In this document: positions 42,233-57,679 of the stretch, piece by piece | Position numbering within the stretch: the first letter of the stretch is position 1 | Layout of the letters: each line of letters begins with the position of its first letter | Source: Candidatus Bathyarchaeota archaeon | GTDB lineage: Archaea > Thermoproteota > Bathyarchaeia > 40CM-2-53-6 | NCBI GenBank assembly: GCA_963833125.1 | Contig: CAWHWX010000012.1 | Span: 1 to 64,000 of the forward strand | DNA: 64,000 nucleotides | Reading direction: 5' to 3' | The notes under the pieces: model-generated | Database searches by the model: none | Seen by the model: the letters and a program-made list of their open reading frames with translations, nothing else | Told to the model about the DNA's origin: nothing | Program-made: the position numbers and the translations under genes

Positions 42233-42436
42233 TCAAAGTTTCTTATCTGCAATAATCCACTGGTTTTGTCTGCCCACTCTTTTCATTTTCACGAGGTTTT
42301 CCGCCATAAGCTTGTAGAGTTGTAGCTGCGCGGTGTTCCAAGATACTCCCAATTCTTTCGCTACCATCTCAGTGGTTACAGGCCAATCCTGCTTTCGCAG
42401 ATATTCTAGGGTTTTCTTGCTCAGTTCCTTAGCCAT
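42233..42436 (-). CDS. small winged-helix DNA-binding protein
   Basis: VTTEMVAKELGVSWNTAQLQLYKL...RVGRQNQW. Confidence 0.8.
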   Translation of the reverse strand: MAKELSKKTLEYLRKQDWPVTTEMVAKELGVSWNTAQLQLYKLMAENLVKMKRVGRQNQWIIADKKL

Positions 42437-42544
42437 CGAAACTCGAACTATGACACATCATATGATATAGTTTAATTCAGTGCCCCAAAGTAAAAGTATG
42501 ACGAATCATAAGTTTGACCATAGTTACTGCAGAAGACCAGCCTC

Positions 42545-42794
42545 ATGCCAAGTCATCGCGTGCACAGAGCGATTACAACTCGCAGTCTTAGGAAAGCCGC
42601 ATGACAAGGTGCATAAAGCGATTGATTATCCGTATAAGTTTCTAGGCCCAAAACACAGAATTTTGTTTCACGACCCCATCACAGCAGTCATCGTGGCAAG
42701 AACAGCGTCAAAAGAGAAAGGGGCAGGCCTAGCAGCGGTCTTGCATATTGCTACGGACTGGCTCTTTCTCTTTGCAGGAGTGCAAAACTCTTAG
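42545..42794 (+). CDS. small His-rich putative metal-binding protein (frameshift near 42575)
   Basis: MPSHRVHRAI joins LGKPHDKVHKAID…KHRILFHD…LHIATD. Confidence 0.55.
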
Positions 42795-42841
42795 ACAGCT
42801 TGATCGTGCTGCGAAAACGGTTCCATTTCTGATGATTCTAA

Positions 42842-43363
42842 ATGGCTGATGACTTCGTGAATTTCTATGAGCTTCTAGGAGTTACTCCTCAAGCAACAAT
42901 TGACGAAATTAAGACTCAGCGTTACAGGATGCTAATTGCCTATCATCCTGATCATAACAAGAGTTCGTTCGCAAACGAGATAACGAAACGCATCAACGCA
43001 GGCTGGGAAATCCTGTCAGATCCTATTAGACGACAGGAATATGATGAAACGCTGAAATGCGAACGCCTATCAGACAAAAGCATAGCCCCTCAACATTCCA
43101 CCGCGAAGCCTCGACATCGAGCATTACAGAGAAGGGTCAGGAAAGAAACACAACAGAGCAGTGAACGATCCACACGCTGTTCTCCTGTTAATAACAAAAG
43201 AAAGAGCGAGCGGGAGGCGATCGATTGGATGGAACGTTTGAAGAAAGGCATGACAGAAGGAGCGAAAATGGCCTTTGTAGGTTTGAAAATAGCCTTTATC
43301 GTTCTGATTGTTTTCATAGCATTGCTGAATTTCTTGGGCGGCGGAAGAAGGAGATCGTACTAG
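42842..43363 (+). CDS. DnaJ (J-domain) protein with C-terminal TM
   Basis: NFYELLGV, YHPD, INAGWEILSDPIRRQEYD. Confidence 0.88.
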   Translation: MADDFVNFYELLGVTPQATIDEIKTQRYRMLIAYHPDHNKSSFANEITKRINAGWEILSDPIRRQEYDETLKCERLSDKSIAPQHSTAKPRHRALQRRVRKETQQSSERSTRCSPVNNKRKSEREAIDWMERLKKGMTEGAKMAFVGLKIAFIVLIVFIALLNFLGGGRRRSY

Positions 43364-43455
43364 AAGACGTACAATCAAATGCCATTTCCGATCATCAGCC
43401 CAATGCCAAATACTTTAGAAAATATGATCCAAATGAACATCGGGAGGTAACTAAT

Positions 43456-44733
43456 TTGAGAGCGCGCCTTCTCTTCTTGATGTTAATTCTTTCGTTGGGT
43501 GCTCTTTACTTCGTCGTTCCTGTTTATGCTCAGATTGTAACCGTTTCTAATTTGCACTATTCCTCTACTTCCGTCCTCGGAAAGCAAGCAACAGTCAGCT
43601 TCACGGTTAACTATGGGGGTGCAAGTGCAGGTGACTATCTTATCATATCAGTCTGGGATGTTAATGCCAATAACTATGCTTCAGGTTCCACAATTAACTC
43701 CTACCCTGATTCCTGCCCTCAGATAACCGGCACTTACAGCTGGGCTGCAGGTTGCGCTTATGCACTATCAAATCTGCAAGCGGCGCCAGATTACACGACA
43801 GAGACTGTAAGCTTCGCTTTAGCGATGAATTCCGTTGGCACTTATCAATTCAGCCCATTAGCGGCTATAGAAGATACGAGTTTTAATGTTCTGGCTTCTT
43901 CCCCTACCACTCAAAACGAGTTCTCAATTTCCGTATTAGACAAGTTCACTTTGACTGTGAGTCTTCCTAGCCAAGTTCCCTTGACTCTCGACGGTGTTCA
44001 GCAGGGTGCTGGATCAACTAACTTGCAATTGTCACCTGGCGCGCATGAGATGTCGGTTCCGGATATAGTTCAACTCGATTCTACCTCAAGGCTGAAGTTC
44101 AATGGCTGGTCTGATGGCTCAAATCAGACTATGAGAACCTTTGATTTGGAAAGCGATACGGAAATAGTAGCAACGTATGTCACTCAATACTTCGTGACCT
44201 CAACTACTGATTCGACACTGCAATCAGGGTGGTACGACCAAGGAACCGTTCTGCAATTCACGGTAGACAACAGGCCGTTAGTTAACAAATATCGCCTGTT
44301 CGTAGGCGGATTCGACGGATGGTACAACATGGGTCAGTTGAGAGCAAACTCGCCTACTACTTCGCTCACAATTGACGGCCCTATAAATCTAAGTGACAGA
44401 TGGAATTATTTACCGTATTTTCCTCCCGTGTTAATTGTTGTAATTGTCGCTGCAATTCTTCTCCTTGCAAGGCGAGGAACTATTCCTGTCCCCCGCTTAC
44501 CTGAGCTGAAAATGCTAGGTCGTAAGCGTTCGAGGAAACACGTTAGAAGCAGTAAACCAAAGATTGAAACAATCACTCCTGAGCCGGAAAGACAAGTCGC
44601 TTCGACTGCTAAAATCAGGAAAGCAGAATCCTCTCAACAAACTAAGATTGGAATGTACTGTAAGGAGTGTGGGGCCAAGATTCATAGAGATAGTATTTTC
44701 TGCGAGGAATGTGGAAGCACTGTCAAAGAATAA
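43456..44733 (+). CDS. cell-surface protein with TM and C-terminal zinc ribbon
   Basis: Signal peptide after GGAGGT RBS, FNGWSDG repeats, YCKECG...FCEECG. Confidence 0.75.
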   Translation: MRARLLFLMLILSLGALYFVVPVYAQIVTVSNLHYSSTSVLGKQATVSFTVNYGGASAGDYLIISVWDVNANNYASGSTINSYPDSCPQITGTYSWAAGCAYALSNLQAAPDYTTETVSFALAMNSVGTYQFSPLAAIEDTSFNVLASSPTTQNEFSISVLDKFTLTVSLPSQVPLTLDGVQQGAGSTNLQLSPGAHEMSVPDIVQLDSTSRLKFNGWSDGSNQTMRTFDLESDTEIVATYVTQYFVTSTTDSTLQSGWYDQGTVLQFTVDNRPLVNKYRLFVGGFDGWYNMGQLRANSPTTSLTIDGPINLSDRWNYLPYFPPVLIVVIVAAILLLARRGTIPVPRLPELKMLGRKRSRKHVRSSKPKIETITPEPERQVASTAKIRKAESSQQTKIGMYCKECGAKIHRDSIFCEECGSTVKE

Positions 44734-45589
44734 GCGGACCAAATTCTGCCGACGTTGCCGAACAGAAATACCAAGAACGAGCAAGTTCTGCAAGATTTGC
44801 GGAGCACAACAGGTTCAAGTAGAGCATTCCACCGCGGAAGAAAAAAAGGAGCCGCAAGTACATCCATCCCGGCTTAGCGCATCTACGCCGAGATTTGGCA
44901 GAAGAACGCAATTGGGCTTGGTAATGATCCTTGTCGCGATCATGCTTGTTTGGTTTTCCATGTCAGGAGTGTGGTATACCGAAAAATTCAGTGGTACATA
45001 CTCGCAGATCAGCGGCATAAACGGGACAGATGACTATCTTAACCAGTATTGCGACCAAATCCCCACGGGGTCGTTTGCATACCCCGGCCAAAATTGTAAT
45101 CCATATGGTCAAGAGTGCCTTCCTTGGCCACCTTATTCTTGTGTAGGCATAGCAGTTCCGTTCAGTAACGCAAACACTCTCATGTTTAACGGACTCATTC
45201 TTGCAATTCTCACTTTCATCTTCCTTGTATTAGGTACACTCTGGCCGACAATCCTGACAATCAAAATCAATATGCTTGCTATGGCAGTTTGCGGAATTCT
45301 AGGAAGCGCACTTGTCTTAATTGCACCGCTCTACTTGTCCGCAGCTCTTCGTTCCAGTGGATTTCAGTGGAGTGGATTAGAGAATACGGGGTGGTTAACA
45401 GCCTTGATTGCCTGTATCTGCTTTGTTACCGCGACAATTACATCTTTCCAGGGACTGAAGAAGGTCGTTCCGCTTGGGAATATCTCATTCGATCCCAAAG
45501 GGATCTTATGTATTGTTCTGTATATCGTGATTGTTCTTCCATTACTACTGCTGCTATTGTTCCAGTTATTCTTACTTATTTTCTATTAG
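44711..45589 (+). CDS. zinc-ribbon multi-pass membrane protein
   Basis: FCRRC...FCKICG followed by several TMs. Confidence 0.7.
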   Translation: MEALSKNKRTKFCRRCRTEIPRTSKFCKICGAQQVQVEHSTAEEKKEPQVHPSRLSASTPRFGRRTQLGLVMILVAIMLVWFSMSGVWYTEKFSGTYSQISGINGTDDYLNQYCDQIPTGSFAYPGQNCNPYGQECLPWPPYSCVGIAVPFSNANTLMFNGLILAILTFIFLVLGTLWPTILTIKINMLAMAVCGILGSALVLIAPLYLSAALRSSGFQWSGLENTGWLTALIACICFVTATITSFQGLKKVVPLGNISFDPKGILCIVLYIVIVLPLLLLLLFQLFLLIFY

Positions 45590-46119
45590 CCTTCTGCCCA
45601 ACTCAACCTTAACGCAGTTAGCCGAATCAACTTATGAGGCGCAATGTCGCCATTATGACATCTTTGACGTTTACGAAATTGCCCGAGGATACAACTCTAA
45701 ACGGGCGCATACATGAAAATCCCCTTGGTAACTAGGAAGCACAAGGTGATTATGAAAGAGATAAAACTCGTCCTCAATACTAATCCTCTTTCTTGGTGCC
45801 ATTCAGCCTCAAGAATAGGCTCTAGGCGATCTCGGAGCACAAGATGACATTTTACGATTGATTTACCGAACCTACGACAGATTGCGAGGATTGCAGAGTT
45901 CGGAGTTCAGCGCGAAATTGCCCATTGCCCTCATTTCCTAATTACGAGTGAACATTGAGTTCTAGTGTACGGCCACCAGATAATTACTAAGATGGAGGCC
46001 TATCGGAATAGAGATAGAAGAAAAAAGGGAAAGGAAGGTAATACCATTGTCTATAATGGATATATCATGTCTGTATAGGTATAGAACCAATCTCTGTAGG
46101 CGTTTACGGCTTCACTGAA

Positions 46120-46641
46120 TTAGGGAAGCTCCGCCCACAAGGCCTGCTGTACTCTGTGTTCTGAATCTCTGTCTCTTGTCAGTACCTGCGGTGGAATCAT
46201 AACCGCGTTGATATGTTCTTGAATCAACAACGGTTGTACATGAGTCGGAATAGGTGCTGTAATCAACAGCAATTTGCATGGTGCAGTCTGATATGATTCG
46301 TATCTTGTTAGAATGTACAGCTTAGTCCTGGTTGTATTTGGCGGCTGCCCCCAGTTCTTTGCCTCTATTACAACGACTATTTGAGAATCAATACTAACTA
46401 TGAAATCAGGTGTATGTGACTCAGGATCATGCGTGTTTGCTCTTAGCCAGAGTAAGTCAACGATTGGCCCTTCTCTTGTAAAGTACCGAGTTGCATCTCT
46501 AACCGCTGTTGCCTTTTCAGGTTTCGCATAATCTGTCACAGAATATTTGGTTGCAAAGTAATATTGCAATAATGGCCAAAGCATTTTTTCTAATATTTCA
46601 CCTTTCTCTTGAACATCTAACTGCTTCATACTCTTTCTCAC
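46120..46641 (-). CDS. PD-(D/E)XK restriction-endonuclease-like protein
   Basis: TPDFIV…VVIEAKNW. Confidence 0.7.
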   Translation of the reverse strand: MRKSMKQLDVQEKGEILEKMLWPLLQYYFATKYSVTDYAKPEKATAVRDATRYFTREGPIVDLLWLRANTHDPESHTPDFIVSIDSQIVVVIEAKNWGQPPNTTRTKLYILTRYESYQTAPCKLLLITAPIPTHVQPLLIQEHINAVMIPPQVLTRDRDSEHRVQQALWAELP

Positions 46642-46841
46642 CCCCTTGTTATTGTAGCCGCGACAAGGAGTTACGATAATTCTTGCGGTCAGAGCTCAAA
46701 CAAATGTGCGCTGCCGCTTGCACAACAATGTAATCGGGACGGCTGCTACCCTAGTATAGGGTGGAAGTTGCATATAAATCTATCGCTATTATCTAGTTTA
46801 AGTATCTAACCTTAAAATCTAGTCTGCACTACACGGTTGTT

Positions 46842-47113
46842 ATGTCGAAACCGAACATTGAGCACCTCATACTCTACGAGCCATTACATAGGTTGCCGAA
46901 AGATGGCATTAGACGCAGAACAACAAAATATGACAAAGTATTGGCAGACCGAAAAAAGTGCCCAGAAAACTCGTCTTCAACGATGAAGAAAAAGCAACTA
47001 ATGTCTACGTAGCTCTAAGAGTGCGAATCAGAAGGGACGGTGAAACTCTCCAAGTTAGGAAAAGAGGCTTAGAAGTCTACGTATTTGCGCCACTGCGGTA
47101 TGAAGGCGGCTAG
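46842..47113 (+). CDS. small basic hypothetical protein (frameshifted)
   Basis: MSKPNIEHL…TKYDKVL joins …VRKRGLEVYV. Confidence 0.4.
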
Positions 47114-47209
47114 ATTATCAGCAGCTAGGATAAGTCACGGAATGAAACCGGCCAAGATAGGTCACAGTTTCAGGGCAAAGGGCATCTCTACAAGGCGGAG
47201 ATATGAGTA

Positions 47210-47480
47210 ATGCGAAAGAAGCTAACCCTTCGTGTTGACAGCGATCTTGTTCAGCAAGCGAAAGCTCTAGGAATTAACCTAAGTCGGTTAACTGAGAAGG
47301 CAATTGTGGCTTCCATCGGAAACCGTACGTACATGCACGTACAGAACGACATTAGCAGGATGGTTCACATAGAAATGCAACCAACTCAAAATGAGTCGAA
47401 GTCAGTTAATGAGTTAGATAATGAGTCGGGTTGGCGTGTTGGCCGTAACCCACCTTCTGTTTTAGGCGACATTCATCTAA
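47210..47480 (+). CDS. integrase N-terminal part, int(N), with RHH (CcdA-like) DNA-binding domain
   Basis: MRKKLTLRVDSDLVQQAKALGINLSRLTEKAI reads into the att repeat in the same frame as int(C). Confidence 0.75.
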
Positions 47481-47735
47481 TCGGGATACCCGCACCTCCG
47501 GCGGGAGGTCATTGGCGCCTATTATCCCTTTCACGACGTGGGCGGGCATTTCACCCTTACCTCCAGCCTCATCAACGCAAGCGCATCATCTTCCGCGGCT
47601 AGCGGAGGTTTCTTTCTGCGCCCTGACCCGACCTCTCAGTCGGCATCTCACGATGCCACGCTTCCGCCACGTGGATGGAGTTTCCTCAAGCCCATCATAC
47701 ACCGGGCCCGGAGTCGCTCACCAACTCGCCAACCC
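47428..47735 (-). ncRNA. rnpB: RNase P RNA
   Basis: On the minus strand: P1 GGGTTGGCG/CGCCAACCC, CR-I GAGGAAACTCC, CR-V AACAGAAGGTGGGTTA. ~308 nt, with TTTAT ~25 nt upstream. Confidence 0.92.
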
Positions 47736-47845
47736 ACCCAACTATCGACCCAACGCCATAAACAAGGATTACGGAATTCTGCATGAAATCGAACGTCGTG
47801 GAAAGAGGAAAAAGAAAGAAAAAAAGAAACAGGGAGAGTGGGGCT

Positions 47846-48397
47846 TTACTTCTTCGATCGCATCGCGAGAATGTAACCGATGCCACCGAGTGTAAATCCG
47901 ATTAAGGCTAGAAGGATAAGGTAGGCTATTGGTTGCGAGTAGTATTGGAGTACGTGTACGTGCACTTGGCCTGTTGTCCATCCTTGTCCGCCAGCGCTGA
48001 CTGGTTGCATGCCTGCGCCCCCAAGGTAGCCTCCTATCATAGTCAGGATAGCAGCGCCAGCTACACCGATGTTCCCGAGGACTAGGTGTGCCCACGCGAG
48101 CCCCTTCACCGCTCCAGTGTATGTCTTGCCGAGTACTGTTTCAATGTAGAAATAGAATAGTGAGGTGACAGCCATGGCGACAACGCCGACAATAAGGTAT
48201 GTCAGATACCCCATGATGAACCATTCTCCAGCCTCACCGCCAGCGATCACGTGTCCCACGCCTACTGGATATAGGCCCATCTGGTCGCCGAAAGCACCAA
48301 GGAATGTAACGAAGGCTGCTATAGCACCTTGGAACATTGCTGCGTAAAGGAAGTACCCCGCCATTTTGCTTGTTTTGCCTTTGAGTTCCATTTTCAT
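47846..48397 (-). CDS. four-TM membrane protein
   Basis: Hydrophobic helices including LAWAHLVLGNIG. Confidence 0.7.
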   Translation of the reverse strand: MKMELKGKTSKMAGYFLYAAMFQGAIAAFVTFLGAFGDQMGLYPVGVGHVIAGGEAGEWFIMGYLTYLIVGVVAMAVTSLFYFYIETVLGKTYTGAVKGLAWAHLVLGNIGVAGAAILTMIGGYLGGAGMQPVSAGGQGWTTGQVHVHVLQYYSQPIAYLILLALIGFTLGGIGYILAMRSKK

Positions 48398-48697
48398 TCG
48401 CTAAAATTAGGCAAATACAATGAATTCGATTTATGTTTCTTGTATATGTTTTCCATAGATTATAGTGTATGAAGAAATCCTTCTGACCCACATGAACAGT
48501 CTTGCGAAGCAGGTCGAACTCCACGTCTACTGCACGCGTACTGACCCAAACGTGAACCTTCAATCTGAAGGAGAGCAATGACCAAGAGGCAACAGAATCT
48601 AGGGGTGGGTGGTGCAGGAAGTCCGGCGAGGATTCGCTTCGTTGCGCTTTCCTTAAGTTCTCACTTAATAGTGCGCTTGCCCAAAAAGGGTTTAGCC

Positions 48698-49318
48698 ATG
48701 GGTTTCATGCCGATACGTTACAAGGGGCAGCGAAGCGGTTTTTCTTCGCCGACAACATGGCTGATCATCATCAATGTGATAGTTTTCCTAGTAATGCTGG
48801 TCAGCGGCGATTTTGGCGATTGCAACTCGTTGACCTGTCAGATACTTGCCCAAGAGAACGATCTCGTGATGTCCGGGGCATATTGGCAGTTGTTCACTTC
48901 AATGTTTGTACACTTCGGCCCCGTGCACCTGCTATTCAACATGTTTGGATTATACTTCTTTGGTCGGATTAATGAGTCGACGTTCTCACCTCCGAAATAT
49001 CTGGCAATTTATCTTGGATCAGGTTTACTCGGCAGCATCATGACTCTTGTCTTGTTACCGGCTTCAACGCTCTCGGGAGGGGCTTCGGGCGCGATTTTTG
49101 GTCTAGTGGGCTCATACGTGGCGATCGAACGTAGTACCCAGCGCATGGGCTTCGCTCTGGTTTACGCTGTAGTCATATTCGTCGAAAGCAGTTTCTTGCC
49201 CGGTGTGAACATATTCGCGCATTTGTTCGGGTTGGTCGGAGGGTTTGCTCTTGGCTTACTCTTCATGTCTATGCGAAGGCCGATCGGCTATTCCGAAGGC
49301 TCGACGTATACCCTTTGA
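48698..49318 (+). CDS. rhomboid intramembrane serine protease
   Basis: WQLFTSMFVH, HLLFNM, GASG, AHLFG. Confidence 0.92.
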   Translation: MGFMPIRYKGQRSGFSSPTTWLIIINVIVFLVMLVSGDFGDCNSLTCQILAQENDLVMSGAYWQLFTSMFVHFGPVHLLFNMFGLYFFGRINESTFSPPKYLAIYLGSGLLGSIMTLVLLPASTLSGGASGAIFGLVGSYVAIERSTQRMGFALVYAVVIFVESSFLPGVNIFAHLFGLVGGFALGLLFMSMRRPIGYSEGSTYTL

Positions 49319-49333
49319 TTTTGATGCTTGATC

Positions 49334-50990
49334 TCAGCGTAGCATCGGCATTTTGATTCCTTTCTCTCTTGCAACCTTAATCGCAGAATCGTATCCAGCG
49401 TCTGCATGTCTTACGACTCCTAAGCCTGGGTCCGTAGTGAGAACGTGTTCCGCACGTTTTTCGATTTCTTTGCTTCCGTCTAGGACTAGGCACATGCCTG
49501 CGTGGATGCTATACCCTATGCCTACTCCTCCGCCGTGGTGGACTGATACCCATGTCGCACCGGCAACCGCATTCAACAGTGCGTTTAGGATCGGCCAGTC
49601 TGCGATGGCGTCCGAACCATCTTTCATGTTCTCAGTCTCCCGTCTCGGTGAAGCCACGCTTCCAGTGTCCAGATGATCTCTTCCAACCCATATTGGGCCA
49701 GAGAGTTCGCCCGAGGCCACCATGTCGTTCACTATCTTACCGAACCTAGCCCTCTCCCCATAACCCAACCAGCAAACCCTAGCGGGTAGACCCTGAAACT
49801 TCACCTGGTCGTGCGCCTTTCCGATCCATCGTACAAGTTCCTTGTTGTAACCAAACTCCTTGACGATCATCTGATCAATCTTGAATATGTCGTCGGGTTC
49901 GCCTACGAGTGATGTCCAACGGAACGGTCCTTTGCCTTCGCAGAACATGGGTCGGATGTATTCTGGAACGAAACCTGAGAACGCGAAAGCTTCCTTCAGG
50001 CCCGTATCGAATGCTTGTTGGCGAATGTTATTTCCATATTCGAAGGTGATGGCGCCTGCGCTCCATCATTTGCACCATCGCCTTCACGTGAAGGACGATG
50101 CTTTGCTTCGCCTTACGAATGTATTCGTCAGGGTTGGATTCGCGAAGCTTGTCCGCTTCTTCCTTGCTTAGCCCCGAAGGGTAATATCGCAATGGCTCAT
50201 GGGCCGACGTCTGATCCGTAACAATATCGGGTACGACGCCAAGCTCAACTAGTTTGGGATAGACGTCCGCAGCGTTACCGAACAAACCAACGCTGAGACT
50301 TCGCTTCGACTTCCGTGCTTCTTCAACCATGCGCACGGCTTCATCGAGGTCAGCGGTCCACTGCATGAGGTAGCCGTGCTTTAGCCGACGTTCAATGGCG
50401 GCCTTGCTCACCTCCACCACCAATGCGACGCCGTCATTCATAGTTACAGCGAGAGGTTGAGCTCCCCCCATCTCACCCAACCCAGCAGTCAGAACCAGTC
50501 GACCTTTGAGTGATCCATCGAAATGCTTCTTGGATACGGAGGCCAAGGTCTCGTACGTACCTTGAAGGATTCCCTGCGTTCCGATAAACGCCCAGGAACC
50601 CGCCGTCATCTGACCATACATTATCAGACCTTTCTGCTCTAATTCGTAAAAGTAATCCCATGTAGCCCATTTCGGGACCAGCATTGCATTAGAAATTAGT
50701 ACGCGCGGTGCCCACTCGTAGGTTTCGAAAACAGCAACAGGCTTCCCGCTTTGTATGAGAAGAGTTTCGTTCGGATTTAGATCCAGCAGAGTCTTGGTGA
50801 TTTGTTCGAAGCATTCCCAGTTGCGAGCGGCTTTTCCGGTGCCACCATAGATGATTAGGTTATCAGGGTCCTTGGCTACTTCGGGATCCAAGACGCTGTG
50901 AAGCATCCTGTAAGGTCCTTCAATCTGCCAGTTCTTGCAGTGTAGCTTCTTACCCGCAACAGCCGCAGCTGAAGGTTTGAATTTTTGCAA
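49334..50990 (-). CDS. hutU: urocanate hydratase (frameshift near 50060)
   Basis: [23 protein letters not shown], then [15 protein letters not shown]. Confidence 0.95.
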
Positions 50991-51042
50991 AATTAGTCAC
51001 TGATTCTCTGTCGATTTGTAATTTTAAGTTTCAGCACAAAAG

Positions 51043-52347
51043 TCAGGCTAGGTGCCCATCATCTACAACAACTCTGCCATTCTTGACGACCGTCTCAACC
51101 ATGTTCCCTCCCAGCCGATAACCCAAAAATCGATAGTCCTTAACGTTGAAGATCGTGATGTCGGCTTTCTTACCGGCCTCGAGGCTTCCGATCTCGCTTG
51201 CACTCTTGATTGAATGCGCGGCGTTGATCGTTGCGGCCATTAATGTCTCAGCAGGAGTCATCTTCAACTTGTAGCATGCTAGTGCTATGACTAACTGCTC
51301 ATTCTCAATCCAACAACTGGGGCTCAAGTCACTCCCGAGAGCGACGGGTACACTATGAGTTATGAATTTCCGCGCATCCGCATATCTATCTAACATCAGA
51401 GTTAACGGTGCGGCAGGTAACAGCGTCGCAATAACCCCTGCCTGCTTCATCCGTTCAACCCCCAAATCGGAAGCATAAAGGAGATGATCCGCTGAAACCG
51501 CTCCTACTTCAGCCGCCAGTTCAGCACCTCCCAACGGATACAGTTCGTCTGCGTGAATTCTTGGCATCAAGCCCTCTCGTTTGCCCGCGAGAAGAAGTCG
51601 ACGTGAGTCGTCAATCTCAAACACACCTTTTTCGCAAAAGACGTCACAGAATCGTGCGAGATGCCTTTGTGAGATCTGCGGCAACCAATCTGCAATGATC
51701 AGATCGATGTATTCTCGAGGCCTCCCATCAAATTCGGGAGGGATCGCATGCGCCCCTAGAAATGTTGGGATCAGAGTCAGAGGGCCTTCATCGTTCAATG
51801 CATTAATGACTTCAAGCGATTTGATCTCGTCTTGCAGTGATAAGCCGTAGCCGCTTTTGGCTTCAATCGTCGTTGTCCCATGAGCGAGCAAACTCTTGGC
51901 TCTCATCCTGCATGTCTCGAGCAACTCTTCCTTACTAGCTGCGCGAGTATCGCGAACCGTCCGGAGAATTCCACCACCCTTCTTCAAGATTTCAAGATAT
52001 CCTGCGCCTTTGATTTTCAGTTCTAGTTCTGATTCACGGGAACCGGCGAAAACGAAATGGGTGTGGGCATCTATGAGGCCAGGGGTTGCGATCTTTCCTG
52101 TAGCGTCTAATCTTTCATTTGCAGTGTACTTGCTCAGTATTTCTTCAGAGTTTGATACGGCAATAATTTTTCCTTTGGCTATAGCAACGGCGCCGTCTTG
52201 TATAATGCCCAGATCTTCCATCTCCGGGCCTTTCGCTGGTTTTTGACTATACCCTTTAGCTGTGATGAGTTGTTGGGCGTGTTCGATGATGAGGTCGACT
52301 TCAGTTCTTGACAAAGTGTACCGGTTTTGTTTTTGCGGTTTTCGCAT
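51043..52347 (-). CDS. hutI: imidazolonepropionase
   Basis: PGLIDAHTH, EAKSGYGL, FCDVFCE, HADEL, SADHL. Confidence 0.95.
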   Translation of the reverse strand: MRKPQKQNRYTLSRTEVDLIIEHAQQLITAKGYSQKPAKGPEMEDLGIIQDGAVAIAKGKIIAVSNSEEILSKYTANERLDATGKIATPGLIDAHTHFVFAGSRESELELKIKGAGYLEILKKGGGILRTVRDTRAASKEELLETCRMRAKSLLAHGTTTIEAKSGYGLSLQDEIKSLEVINALNDEGPLTLIPTFLGAHAIPPEFDGRPREYIDLIIADWLPQISQRHLARFCDVFCEKGVFEIDDSRRLLLAGKREGLMPRIHADELYPLGGAELAAEVGAVSADHLLYASDLGVERMKQAGVIATLLPAAPLTLMLDRYADARKFITHSVPVALGSDLSPSCWIENEQLVIALACYKLKMTPAETLMAATINAAHSIKSASEIGSLEAGKKADITIFNVKDYRFLGYRLGGNMVETVVKNGRVVVDDGHLA

Positions 52348-52719
52348 CTATAGTATGCGGTTTGGTTGAATCAATTAGAACATATTCTCGATTCTTTAAC
52401 GTCGGTATGCTTATATTAACGCCGAAGTCTAAGCAATAATTTGTCAACTCGTCCGTTCGACGAGGAGGCTTCCCGCGATTACCCGGCGGCGGCGTCAACT
52501 TGACTTGTGGGGCTTAAGCCCTTGGATGAAGTGTTGACCTCCAATTGCGGGAACAATGATGAAGGCCCAAACAAACTTGGGGCTGTCCTCACGGCACCCA
52601 TGAAAATTTGGGTCCAAGATAGGCTTACAGTCACTCTGCAAAATTCCAGTCCGTTCAATTTCCTTAAACGGTCGTAAATCTGAAACGAATCGTCCTAGCT
52701 ACAAGGTTTAGCTTGCTCA

Positions 52720-54269
<1,550 letters not shown>

Positions 54270-54445
54270 TAGTAAACTTCGAACGGACTGGAATGCAAAT
54301 GAGTTATGACTGTAAGCCTAACCGTCCGATAATGCGGCCGCTGAGGAAGCTCAGTGGCTAAGGGTGTAGTGGTCATCCGCTAGAATGATCATGATGAACA
54401 CCGTGCATAGGCCTCTAACGTTAGACGAGTGTGGGTTCCATAGTA

Positions 54446-57497
<3,052 letters not shown>

Positions 57498-57679
57498 GAA
57501 AATGGAATCCACCGTCTGATAACGCAATCCGGAGGCCTATGCACGGTGCGAATCAAACACCAAACTATATTCAATTTGATTCGCTCTCTTCAGGTAGCGG
57601 AGCCTCTGAAGAGCTGAACGAGTAGCTCACGCAATTCTATGCGTGACGTTGTGAAGCAGGTCGTTGGGAGCGCGTTTGT

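Larger units (their letters stand above)
37969..47480. mobile_element. ~9.5 kb integrated element targeting rnpB
   Basis: 54-bp direct repeats, a split integrase, and AT-richer cargo of nucleases, PIN, HTH and hypothetical genes. Confidence 0.9.

Noticed and set aside
47512-47895. ORFs 47512..47895 and 47538..47786
   Set aside because: They are antisense to the RNase P RNA gene and have no protein-like features.
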